Positions 38,685 to 47,689 of a DNA stretch of 64,000 nucleotides are shown here, piece after piece. The DNA comes from an uncultured Acidobacteriota bacterium. Its GTDB lineage: Bacteria; Acidobacteriota; Polarisedimenticolia; Gp22-AA2. The notes beneath the pieces are model-generated. The model was not told where the DNA came from. It worked only from the letters and a program-made list of their open reading frames with translations, and ran no database searches. A program made the position numbers and the translations under genes. How positions within the stretch are numbered: position 1 is the first letter of the stretch; every line of letters begins with the position of its first letter. The stretch covers positions 669 to 64,668 of the forward strand of contig CAYLND010000002.1 in NCBI GenBank assembly GCA_964384905.1, in the 5' to 3' direction.

Positions 38685-39568
38685 CCACCGCCTCGGCGCG
38701 TCTGGACCGGTGGCGGCAGGCCCTTCTCCTGCCGGGCGAAACCGATCTGATCGCGTCCGCGATGAGCGAGCTGTCCGACTACTTCGGCATCAGCCGCGGC
38801 GAAGCGGAGAGCCGCGCCCGGGACGCCGTCCGCCGGACGCGGGACGTCTGGAACGCGGCCCCCCGTGGCACCCTTCAGGAAATCGAGGAGTTCTACAACA
38901 CCTCCGACGACTACATCTTCGAGCTGGTCCACTGGCACGCGACGCTCTCCGAGGCGGAGACGCTGGCGAACGTGGCGGCTCTCGAGGTCGCCGAGCGGAT
39001 GGGGGTGCGGCGGTCTCTCGATTTCGGCGGCGGCGTGGGGGCCAATCTGCTGCTGTTCGCGACCGCCGGAATCGAGGTCACCGACGCCGACATCTCGGAT
39101 CCGCTCCTGGCGTTCTCGCGCTGGCGTCTGGGTCGGCGCGGCGTGCCCGCGTCCTTCATCGATCTCAAGACCGACGTGCTCCCGGGCGGACGGTTCGACA
39201 TGCTGACCGTGATGGATGTCCTGGAGCACGTCCCGGACCCCGTGGCCACCCTCGGCTCCGCCCTGCAGGCGCTCGCGCCGGAGGGTCTGGCGGTCGTCGC
39301 GCTCGGGTTCGGCTGCGACCCCGATCATCCGATGCATGTCGTGCACTCGCCGCGGCGGTTTCTCTCCGGGGTGCGCGCCCTCGGGCTGGAGCGGGACGAT
39401 CCTCCCGAGCTGCGAGAGTTCTCCTTCATCCGGACGTATCGGCGGGTCGACCGCAGGCCTGCGGTCAACCGCCTGGTGCTGGCCCAGGACACGATCCGGG
39501 AGGGAGCGCGCGGCATGATGCGCTTCGCGGCGACGGTGCGCCGCCGGATCTCGGGAGGAGTCGCGTGA
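38681..39568 (+). CDS. class I SAM-dependent methyltransferase
   Basis: Motif I-like LDFGGGVGANLL and motif post-I/II (DVLEHV). GTGA overlap with the upstream gene. Confidence 0.7.
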   Translation: MTTASARLDRWRQALLLPGETDLIASAMSELSDYFGISRGEAESRARDAVRRTRDVWNAAPRGTLQEIEEFYNTSDDYIFELVHWHATLSEAETLANVAALEVAERMGVRRSLDFGGGVGANLLLFATAGIEVTDADISDPLLAFSRWRLGRRGVPASFIDLKTDVLPGGRFDMLTVMDVLEHVPDPVATLGSALQALAPEGLAVVALGFGCDPDHPMHVVHSPRRFLSGVRALGLERDDPPELREFSFIRTYRRVDRRPAVNRLVLAQDTIREGARGMMRFAATVRRRISGGVA

Positions 39569-40521
39569 GCTTCGGGAGGGAATCCCGGACGCCCTGGATC
39601 TCGGCGGTGGTCTGCACACGCAACCGCCCCGGCCTGCTCGATGCCTGTCTCGCCGGCTTCGCGCGACTCGACCCGCCGGCGCGGGAGCTGATCGTCGTCG
39701 ATCAGAGCGACGGCGAGGACACGGCACGCGTCGTCGAGCGCTATCAGGGACGCATTCCGCGCCTGCGCCACCTGAAGACCCTTTCGAGAGGATTGAGCCG
39801 GGCCCGGAACGAAGCGATTCGGGCGGCCGAGTGCGATCTCGTCGCCTTCACCGATGACGACTGCGTCGTGCGTCGCGATTGGATCGGGGCCCTGGCTTCG
39901 GCCTACCAGGAAGAGCCCGCCCTGGCGGCGGTGACGGGCGGATCCCTGCCCGCGCGCGTCGAGATTCTGGAGCCCCGGCGCGTCGCGGTCACCACCTGGC
40001 ATTCCGGGCACCGGCGTGATTTCCGCCGTCCGGTCGACCCGGCCGTGGTGGGAGGCGGGTTCAATCTCTCGGTGCGGCGGACGTGGGCCGAACGTGTGGG
40101 TCTGTTCGATCCGGATCTCGGTCCGGGCGCGCGATTCCGTGGCGCGGACGACACCGATTTCATTCACCGCATTCTCAGCGCCGGCGGGGTGATCCGGTAT
40201 GACCCCGAGGTCGTCGTCGCCCACCTTCCGTGGCGCGACGGCGCGGCCCAATCCGAAGTGGAAGCCGAATACGGCCACGGCATCGCGGTCTGGGCGCTGA
40301 AGCGTCTGGCGCAAGCCGATCTCTTCCCTGTCCGGGTGGCCGTCGGGGTCCTGCTGGGGCAGGGGCGGCGCGCCGTCAGCGGTCTTCTCCGGCGGGACCG
40401 GGAGGCGGTCCGGACCGGGCGGGCGTATCTCTTCGGTCTGGCCCGCGGAAGCGCGCACTTTGTCCACGACCGGGTCTTCCCGCATAGGGCGATTGCGCAG
40501 AGGGTGGCGCCCCGTGCCTGA
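39565..40521 (+). CDS. glycosyltransferase family 2
   Basis: ISAVVCTRNR...VVDQSDG...FTDDDCVV (DXD) pattern of GT-A fold GT2. GGAGGAG RBS and GTGA overlap. Confidence 0.8.
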   Translation: MSFGRESRTPWISAVVCTRNRPGLLDACLAGFARLDPPARELIVVDQSDGEDTARVVERYQGRIPRLRHLKTLSRGLSRARNEAIRAAECDLVAFTDDDCVVRRDWIGALASAYQEEPALAAVTGGSLPARVEILEPRRVAVTTWHSGHRRDFRRPVDPAVVGGGFNLSVRRTWAERVGLFDPDLGPGARFRGADDTDFIHRILSAGGVIRYDPEVVVAHLPWRDGAAQSEVEAEYGHGIAVWALKRLAQADLFPVRVAVGVLLGQGRRAVSGLLRRDREAVRTGRAYLFGLARGSAHFVHDRVFPHRAIAQRVAPRA

Positions 40522-41308
40522 GACCGCCGGGGTGAAGGTGCTGGCGTATCACCGGATCGACCACGATCCGGGACGGAGGCTGCGCGCCTGGAGTCTCGCG
40601 CCGGGGACCTTCGCGGCGCAGATGAGCGCGCTCGCGCGCGGCGGATACGAGGTCCTGACCCTCGCAGACGTGATGCCGATCGTGCGCGGCGAGCGTCTTC
40701 CGGCGCCGAAGAGCGTGGCGCTGACCTTCGACGACGGCTACCGCGACGTCATCGATCACGTCCTGCCGGTCCTCGAGCGCTTCGGCTTCCGGGCGACCTT
40801 TTTCCTGGTGAGCGATCGGGTGGGCGGGTTCAACGCATGGGACGCGCGCCACGGCGATCCCCCGCGGCCGCTGATGGGATGGGACGATGCAGTCGCGCTG
40901 GCCGCCCGCGGGATGGAGATCGGCTCCCACAGCCGGACCCATCCGTTCCTGACGAGCCTGTCGGAATCCGAGATGGAGCGGGAGATCCGCGGGTCCAAGG
41001 AGACGATCGAGGATCGCCTCGGCAGGACGGTCCGGTTCTTCTCGTATCCTCACGGGCTGCACGATGCGCGCTGCCGTCGTCTGGTCGTCCAGGCGGGCTA
41101 CGCCGGAGCGTGTACCACCCGGTTCGGTGTCAACGGCGTCCGCACCGATCCGTTCCGGTTGAACCGGAGCGAGATCACCCATGACGACAGTGTCTGGTCG
41201 TTCTCGTTCAAGGTCCGGACCGGCTTCGGCGTCAGGGCCTGGGCGCGCGAGGCGCTCGGGGAGATCCTGCCCCGGTCCCTGACGGATGCAGGCGGAGCGG
41301 CCTCGTGA
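40514..41308 (+). CDS. polysaccharide deacetylase (NodB-homology, CE4)
   Basis: LTFDDGYRD and SHSRTHP motifs. Confidence 0.8.
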   Translation: MPETAGVKVLAYHRIDHDPGRRLRAWSLAPGTFAAQMSALARGGYEVLTLADVMPIVRGERLPAPKSVALTFDDGYRDVIDHVLPVLERFGFRATFFLVSDRVGGFNAWDARHGDPPRPLMGWDDAVALAARGMEIGSHSRTHPFLTSLSESEMEREIRGSKETIEDRLGRTVRFFSYPHGLHDARCRRLVVQAGYAGACTTRFGVNGVRTDPFRLNRSEITHDDSVWSFSFKVRTGFGVRAWAREALGEILPRSLTDAGGAAS

Positions 41309-42306
41309 GCGCTCCGGTGCTGTCGATCGTGGTGCCGACCCGCAACCGTCGGACGATTCTGAGCCGGACGCTGCCCCCGCTCCTGGCGCAGAGAGGAATC
41401 GAGGGCGATTACGAGGTGATCGTCGTCGACGACGGCTCCAGCGACGGAACGTCGTCGATGCTGCAGCGTCCGGATTGGGGGTCGCGGTTGCGCGTCGTCT
41501 CCCAGCCTCATCGGGGACTGGCGGCGGCCCGGAACCGCGGCGCGATGGAAGCGCAGGGCGCCATCGTCCTGTTCCTGGACGACGACATGATCGCCGGCCC
41601 CGAGCTGGCGGCGATTCACCTCGACGAGCACGGCGCCGCCACGCCGAAGGTGGTGCTGGGGGCCCTGGATCTGGCCGAAGAGGTCCGGCGGTCGTTTCTG
41701 AAAGAGGGGGTGGCCGCCTGGAGCCGCGACATGAACCGACGGCTGTCGGAGCCGGGCTACCGGCTGCGCTTCGACGACTGGTCGTTCGGGCACGCCTCGG
41801 TCGACCGCGCCCTGTTCCGGGACGCCGGAGGATTCGACGAAGCGTTCGTGTCCTACGGTAACGAGGATTACGACCTGGGCTGGAGGCTGATCCAGCGAGG
41901 GGTCGAGGTCCGGTTCACCCCGCGCGCGGTGGCCCGGCAGATCTACGACAAGAACTTGGCCGCTTGGCTGCGGGACATCCATCACGTCGGGCGGGCCGAC
42001 GTCGTGCTGGCAGCGAAATACCCGGCGATCGCCGCGGAGCTGCGTCTTTCCCGCACGGAGACGCATCCGCTCAAGCGCCTGGCGCGCTTCTGCGGTCTGG
42101 CCTCGCCCGATCCGCTCGCCCCCGCCTGGACGGCGCTGGGCGGCGCCCTGATGGCGGCCGAGCGGCTGGCCCTGCGTGGCTCGTTCCTGAGCCACGCGCA
42201 GTCGCTTCTCGGCGAACGCTTCTACTGGCGCGGCGTGCGTGACGCGCGGCGTCCGGCTGTTCCCGCCCTCGCGCGGACGGTGAATCGGCCGGGGAGCGTG
42301 GCATGA
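41305..42306 (+). CDS. glycosyltransferase family 2
   Basis: LSIVVPTRNR...VVDDGSSDGT...FLDDDM pattern. GTGA overlap. Confidence 0.8.
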   Translation: MSAPVLSIVVPTRNRRTILSRTLPPLLAQRGIEGDYEVIVVDDGSSDGTSSMLQRPDWGSRLRVVSQPHRGLAAARNRGAMEAQGAIVLFLDDDMIAGPELAAIHLDEHGAATPKVVLGALDLAEEVRRSFLKEGVAAWSRDMNRRLSEPGYRLRFDDWSFGHASVDRALFRDAGGFDEAFVSYGNEDYDLGWRLIQRGVEVRFTPRAVARQIYDKNLAAWLRDIHHVGRADVVLAAKYPAIAAELRLSRTETHPLKRLARFCGLASPDPLAPAWTALGGALMAAERLALRGSFLSHAQSLLGERFYWRGVRDARRPAVPALARTVNRPGSVA

Positions 42307-43220
42307 AGACCCCCCGGATTTCCGTCCTGATCGCCACCGCCGATCGCCCGGCTCTTCTGGCCGGATGCCTCGAGAGCCTGTCGGCCACCGGTTTCGCCGA
42401 CGCCGAGGTCCTCGTGCTCGATCAGAGCGCGAGCGAGCCGGAATGCCGCGCGAGGAACACGCCGGGTCCGTCGGTCCGCACCATCCGCTGTCCGCGCCGC
42501 GGCAAGAGCGCCGCTCTCAATCTCGGCGTGCAGGAAGCCCGCGCCCCCTGGCTGGCGTTCACCGACGATGACTGTCGCGTGGCGACCGACTGGCTGCAGG
42601 TGATCGACCGGTCGGCGGGGGAGTCGGGCTCCGGATGCGCCCTCACCGGGAGGGTCGTGCCGGGACGACCGGAAGAATCGGCGGTCACGGCTCCCTCGCT
42701 GCGGGAGAGCGAGCGGGAGCGAACCTACCGGTCGCCGGGCTTCCGGGATGTCCTGTTCGGCAACAACATGGCGATCCCCACCGAGCTGCTGCGGCGCGTG
42801 GGTCGTTTCGACGAGGCTCTCGGCCCGGGCACCGCGTCGCCGGCCGCCGAGGACAACGATCTCGGGTACCGGCTGCTGCGGGCGGGCGTTCCGGTCCGCT
42901 ATCAGCCGGAGATGGTCGTGACCCACCGCTCGTGGCGAAGCGGCCTGGCCCAGGTGAGACTGTTCCACGCCTACGGGGTCGGGCAGGGGGCCTTCTACGC
43001 CAAGCATGTCCGTCGGGGCGACCTCCACATGGCGGCACGGATGGCGAGGAACATCTGGGACACGGGTCGGGACCTGGGGGGCGCGATCCTGCTGCGCCGC
43101 CCTCAGGACGTGCAGGCGACGCGGGCGTTCGCCGGCGGGTTGGTCAGTGGATTCCTGCGCACGATCTGGTCCGGGAACGGCGGTCCGGCCGGGGCCGCCA
43201 CCCTGACGGGGGAGATATGA
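42303..43220 (+). CDS. glycosyltransferase family 2
   Basis: ISVLIATADR...VLDQS...FTDDDCRV pattern. ATGA overlap. Confidence 0.8.
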   Translation: MKTPRISVLIATADRPALLAGCLESLSATGFADAEVLVLDQSASEPECRARNTPGPSVRTIRCPRRGKSAALNLGVQEARAPWLAFTDDDCRVATDWLQVIDRSAGESGSGCALTGRVVPGRPEESAVTAPSLRESERERTYRSPGFRDVLFGNNMAIPTELLRRVGRFDEALGPGTASPAAEDNDLGYRLLRAGVPVRYQPEMVVTHRSWRSGLAQVRLFHAYGVGQGAFYAKHVRRGDLHMAARMARNIWDTGRDLGGAILLRRPQDVQATRAFAGGLVSGFLRTIWSGNGGPAGAATLTGEI

Positions 43221-44011
43221 GCGCGCCGGCCGGACCGGGAGCGGAGTCGCGGGAGGCGGCGCGGGTCGCCCGAAGGATCTCGAGCCCCCGCCTCTGGCAG
43301 CACGACTATCTCATGCTGCAGGAGATCGCGCAGGGTCTCGCCCGCCAGGCAGCCGCCCTCAACGGACGGGTCGGCATCGACGTGCTCGACGTCGGGTGCA
43401 AGTACCAGCCGTATCGGAGCCTGTTCGAGGGCAGGGCGTCCCGCTACGTCGGGCTGGACCTGAACCGGTACTGGGGCGTGGAGGTCCGTTCGGACGCGTC
43501 GAGGCTTCCGTTCAAGAGCGACTGCTTCGATCTGGTGCTGTGCACGCAGGCCTTCTACCTTCTGGACGATTTTCGCAGGGCGCTGGCCGAGTTCGTCAGG
43601 GTCACGCGCCGCGGCGGTCGCATCCTGATGACCACGATCGGCATCTGGCCCTACCCGCCGAGCGTCCGGCTGCATCGCTGGAGCCGTCGCGAGCTGGAGG
43701 AGACCCTGGGCGAGTACGGCGAAGTCCGCGTGGAGGAGAACGGCGGATATCTCCGGCTCGTTCCGCAGCTGGCGAACTCGGTGATGGCGATGGGGGTGGA
43801 GGACTACCTGATCCGCCGGTACGGCCGGGCCGGCCGCGTCGCCGCCCTGCCGCTCAAGGGCCTCTACCTCGGTCTCAATCTGCTCGCCCTGTCCGGTGAG
43901 CGGCTGATCGGAACGGCGGCCCGGTCGGGACTCGGCGTGGCGCGCGCGCTCCAGAACCTGGACAGCCATCTCGCCATCAATTACCTGGCGGTCGTGACCC
44001 CGCGGAAATGA
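43217..44011 (+). CDS. class I SAM-dependent methyltransferase
   Basis: VLDVGCKYQP (motif I) ...FDLVLC... ATGA overlap. Confidence 0.7.
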   Translation: MSAPAGPGAESREAARVARRISSPRLWQHDYLMLQEIAQGLARQAAALNGRVGIDVLDVGCKYQPYRSLFEGRASRYVGLDLNRYWGVEVRSDASRLPFKSDCFDLVLCTQAFYLLDDFRRALAEFVRVTRRGGRILMTTIGIWPYPPSVRLHRWSRRELEETLGEYGEVRVEENGGYLRLVPQLANSVMAMGVEDYLIRRYGRAGRVAALPLKGLYLGLNLLALSGERLIGTAARSGLGVARALQNLDSHLAINYLAVVTPRK

Positions 44012-44020
44012 GACGTGAAC

Positions 44021-45124
44021 ATGTCGTATGACCTGGCCGCGCGACTCAAGGGGCTGCTCCTGAAGAGCGGGCCGGCGTTCATGCCGGATCGGTGGTCGGC
44101 GCCACGCGTGCTGACCTTCATGATGACCTATCGCTGCAACCTGCGCTGCAGCATGTGCTGGCAGTGGGGCGAGCAGGGCCTGTTCCACGAGCTGAGCCGG
44201 GATCACGAGATCCAGCAGCTCGACCTGGACACTCTGCGCTCGGTCATCGACGACGTCGCGGCGGAGGGCACCGGCGTCTTTCTCTGGGGCGGCGAGCCGT
44301 TCCTGCACCGGAGCCTGATGCGCTTCGTCGAGCACGTGAAATCGAAGGGCCTGTACTGCAGCATCAACACCAACGGCACCCATCTCCCGCTGGAGGCCGC
44401 ACGGCTCGTCGCTCTCGGAGTCGACGCCGTGATGGTGTCGGTCGACGGTCCCCGGGAGATCCACGACCGGATCCGCGGGATGGACGGCTCGTTCCAGCGC
44501 ATCGCGGACGGCGTGCGGGCCTTGCGCGAGGCCCGCAACGGCTCCGGCCGCAAGCCCGAGATCATCGTGAACACGACCATCTCGCCCGGGAACCAGCGCG
44601 CGCTCCTCGCCACCTACGAGACGGTGGAGTCGATGGGAGCCGACCGGATGATCCTGTCGCAGCTCTGGTTCACCACGGAGCAGATCGGTCGAGCCAACGA
44701 AGCCTACTTCCGTGAGAAGTTCAACGCCCACGCCGGCTCGTGGCGCGGTTTCGTGATGGACGTCTCGGTCCTGGACACCGAGCTGATCGCGCGGCAGATG
44801 CGCGACATGTCGCAGCGCCGGAGCGGGATGGAGCTGCGGTTCCTGCCCGATCTCGACGCGGGTCAGGTGGGCGACTACTACGCCCGCCCGCAGGAGGCCT
44901 TCGGCAAGACGCGCTGCCTCGTGCCCTGGCTGGAGGCGGAGATTCTCCCGAACGGCGACGTCACCCCCTGCTCCGACCGGCCCGATCTGATCGTCGGGAA
45001 CGTGCGCCGGGAGCCCTTCAAGGCGATCTGGAACAACGACGCCTATCAGTCCTTCCGTCGCGCCATGCGGGAGGACGGGTTGTTCCCCTACTGCTCCCGA
45101 TGCTGCGGTCTCTGGTCGCATTGA
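44021..45124 (+). CDS. radical SAM protein with a C-terminal SPASM-type domain
   Basis: CNLRCSMC (CX3CX2C) near the N-terminus and a C-terminal Cys cluster (CLVPW...CSDRPD...CSRCCG). An alternative GTG start lies at 44015. Confidence 0.8.
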   Translation: MSYDLAARLKGLLLKSGPAFMPDRWSAPRVLTFMMTYRCNLRCSMCWQWGEQGLFHELSRDHEIQQLDLDTLRSVIDDVAAEGTGVFLWGGEPFLHRSLMRFVEHVKSKGLYCSINTNGTHLPLEAARLVALGVDAVMVSVDGPREIHDRIRGMDGSFQRIADGVRALREARNGSGRKPEIIVNTTISPGNQRALLATYETVESMGADRMILSQLWFTTEQIGRANEAYFREKFNAHAGSWRGFVMDVSVLDTELIARQMRDMSQRRSGMELRFLPDLDAGQVGDYYARPQEAFGKTRCLVPWLEAEILPNGDVTPCSDRPDLIVGNVRREPFKAIWNNDAYQSFRRAMREDGLFPYCSRCCGLWSH

Positions 45125-45131
45125 GGAGGAG

Positions 45132-46064
45132 ATGACGGATCGATTGGACGTCTCGGTTCTCATCTGCACGCGCGACCGGAGCACCCTGCTCGAGGGGTGT
45201 CTGGACGCCGTGCTCGCCTGCTCGCCCGCCCCGGCGGAGGTGATCGTCGTGGATCAGAGCGCCGACGACGCCACCCGGCTCGTGGTCGCCGGCCGCCAGG
45301 GTTCGGCCGTGCCGGTCCGCTACGTGCGCGGCATCGGCACCGGGCTTTCGCGGGCCAAGAACCAGGGGATCGCCGCCTGCGGCGCCGCCACCATCGCCTT
45401 CACCGACGACGACTGCCTGGCCGGCGGCGCATGGCTCGGGGCGCTGGTCGGGCCGATCCTCTCCGGCCGGGCCGACGCCGCGGCGGGGCGGACGCTGCCG
45501 GTGACGGGCGGAGAGGCGTCGGAGGAGACGTCGTCGTTCTATGCGCCAGCGGGATCCCCGGTCTACACCAGGCGGACCCACCCCTGGCGTGTCGGGGGCG
45601 GAGGCAACTTCGCCGCCAGCCGCGCCGCCGTCCGGCGGGCGGGCCCGTTCGACGAGCGCTTCGGCCCGGGGGCGGCGCTCGAGAGCGCCGAGGACATGGA
45701 TATGGTGCACCGGCTGCTGCGATCGGGCGAGAGGATCGTCTATGTCCCGCACGCCGTCGTCCGCCACCGATCGTGGCGCTCGGCGGCGCAGAATCGCCGC
45801 CTGTCCCGCGCCTACGGCATCGGCGCCGGCGGCTGCTTCGCGAAGCACTTCCTGGCCGGGGACTGGATCAGCGGCTGGCGATTCGCCGCCCGGCTGGGGA
45901 TCCGGAGCGCGCATCTCGCGCGCGCCGTCCTCACCGGGAACCGGCGAGGCATGTCCGAGCAGTCCCGGTACCTCGTCGGGATGTTCCAGGGAGCCGGCCG
46001 GATCCTGGTGAAGGGCCGCCCGGCCGCCGGGCGGGTCGAGGACCTCAAGCGGGGCGTGGCATGA
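45132..46064 (+). CDS. glycosyltransferase family 2
   Basis: AGGAGGAG RBS. VSVLICTRDR...VVDQSADD...FTDDDC pattern. Confidence 0.8.
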   Translation: MTDRLDVSVLICTRDRSTLLEGCLDAVLACSPAPAEVIVVDQSADDATRLVVAGRQGSAVPVRYVRGIGTGLSRAKNQGIAACGAATIAFTDDDCLAGGAWLGALVGPILSGRADAAAGRTLPVTGGEASEETSSFYAPAGSPVYTRRTHPWRVGGGGNFAASRAAVRRAGPFDERFGPGAALESAEDMDMVHRLLRSGERIVYVPHAVVRHRSWRSAAQNRRLSRAYGIGAGGCFAKHFLAGDWISGWRFAARLGIRSAHLARAVLTGNRRGMSEQSRYLVGMFQGAGRILVKGRPAAGRVEDLKRGVA

Positions 46065-47689
46065 GGATCGCGATCCCGGGCCTGCGGCGCACGGCGGGGC
46101 AGGAGATCGTGATCCTGCTGCTGGCGCTGGCGGCGTTCGTCGCGGCGCTCGCCCCGGCCCTGCGTGAGACCGGAACGCCGCCGGGATGGGATCAATCGAT
46201 CCACCTCCGGGACAGCCTCGTCTACGAGCGCATCCTGCGGCATCCGTCGGCGCTGGCGGGCGGCGTGCTCGGCGACATCCTGCACGGCTCCGAGGAGTTC
46301 CCGCTGCTGACGCCATCGGGGTATTACCCGCCGCTCGTCCCGGGGATCACCGCGCTCCTCTATCGCGTCGCCGGCCGCTCGTACGAGACCGCGATGGCGA
46401 CGCAGATTCTGTTCCTGGTCCTGCTGGTCTTCGGCACCTGGGCGCTCGGGAATCGGCTTCTCGGCTCGCCGATCGGTCTCGCGGCCGGACTGCTCCTGAT
46501 GGCGGCCCCGGGAATCCGGCTGAGCGCCGGGGAGTACATGCTCGATCTTCCCCTGGCGGCGATGGTGGTCGTGTCGGCGTGGGCCCTCCTGGAGACCGGC
46601 GGCTTCGTCCGGCGCGATCGCAGCGTGCTGTTCGGTCTTCTGGCGGGCGCGGGCATGCTGACCAAGTGGACCTTCTTCCTTTTCCTCGCGGTGCCGGTGA
46701 TCCTGGCGCTCGCCCGGGAGCCCGCATCGGTCTCCCGGGCCCCGGTCCCGCGGAGCCGACGGTGGGGCCATGCCGCGCTGGCGCTGGTCGCCGCCACGCT
46801 CGTCGCGGCTCCGTATTACGTGCCGATTCTCCCCATCCTCGTCCGCAAGACGGTCGTCCATGCCGGTGGCGCCGCGGACGGGAGCCCGTCTCCTTTTTCT
46901 TTGGAGTCGGTCCTGTATCACCTCGAGGCGCTGCCCCGGAAGACGCTCGGATGGCCTCTCACGATCTCGGCGGCGGCCGGAATCCTGGTCTTCCTCCGGC
47001 GCGGAGCGGAGACGCGCGGAGCCCGGACGCTCCTCGCGACCTGGGCGTCGTCTCTCTATCTCTTCTTCACCTTCGTCGTGGCGAACAAGCAGTCGCGCTA
47101 TCTCCTCCCGTGGATCCCGATCCTGCTGCTGATGGCGGCGGGCGGGCTCGCGGCGCTGTGGCGTCGCGCGGCGGCCGGCAGGGAGCAGGTCGCTATCGGC
47201 CTGCTGATGCTTCTTCCCGCCGCCGGTCTCGCCGGGGGATGGCGCTCGGAAAACGCCGGAGACTGGCACATCCGGCCGCTCGTCGCGGGTCTGGAGCAGG
47301 AGCTGGCCCGGCGCTCCGACCGGGCGCACCGGGTCCCGACCCTGGGGGTGATCCCCGACATGCGGGAGGTGAACGGCCCCACCATCGCCTACTACGCGGC
47401 GCGTCAGGAGCTCCCCGTGACCGTCGTGCAGCTGGTGAACCGGATGAAGCGGCACGTCGCGGTCGATGTGGGGCTGGATCCGTTCGGCCGGGACGATTTC
47501 TACCAGGCCTTCGAGCGCTACGATTTCCTGGCCACCAAGGACGGCGACAATGCGGTTGTGCCGTGGGAGGACGTGGTCCCCAGGATGCAGGCCTATTTCG
47601 AGAAGAGACGGACGGAGTTCGACCTGCTGGCGTCGTTCCGCGAGCCGGACGGATCGACCCTGGCGTTGTACGGAAGGAAGCGCGGATGA
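46061..47689 (+). CDS. GT-C-fold membrane glycosyltransferase (GT39/GT83, PMT/ArnT-like)
   Basis: 542 aa, ~11 TM helices with a periplasmic loop after TM1 and a C-terminal soluble domain. ATGA overlap. Confidence 0.6.
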   Translation: MRIAIPGLRRTAGQEIVILLLALAAFVAALAPALRETGTPPGWDQSIHLRDSLVYERILRHPSALAGGVLGDILHGSEEFPLLTPSGYYPPLVPGITALLYRVAGRSYETAMATQILFLVLLVFGTWALGNRLLGSPIGLAAGLLLMAAPGIRLSAGEYMLDLPLAAMVVVSAWALLETGGFVRRDRSVLFGLLAGAGMLTKWTFFLFLAVPVILALAREPASVSRAPVPRSRRWGHAALALVAATLVAAPYYVPILPILVRKTVVHAGGAADGSPSPFSLESVLYHLEALPRKTLGWPLTISAAAGILVFLRRGAETRGARTLLATWASSLYLFFTFVVANKQSRYLLPWIPILLLMAAGGLAALWRRAAAGREQVAIGLLMLLPAAGLAGGWRSENAGDWHIRPLVAGLEQELARRSDRAHRVPTLGVIPDMREVNGPTIAYYAARQELPVTVVQLVNRMKRHVAVDVGLDPFGRDDFYQAFERYDFLATKDGDNAVVPWEDVVPRMQAYFEKRRTEFDLLASFREPDGSTLALYGRKRG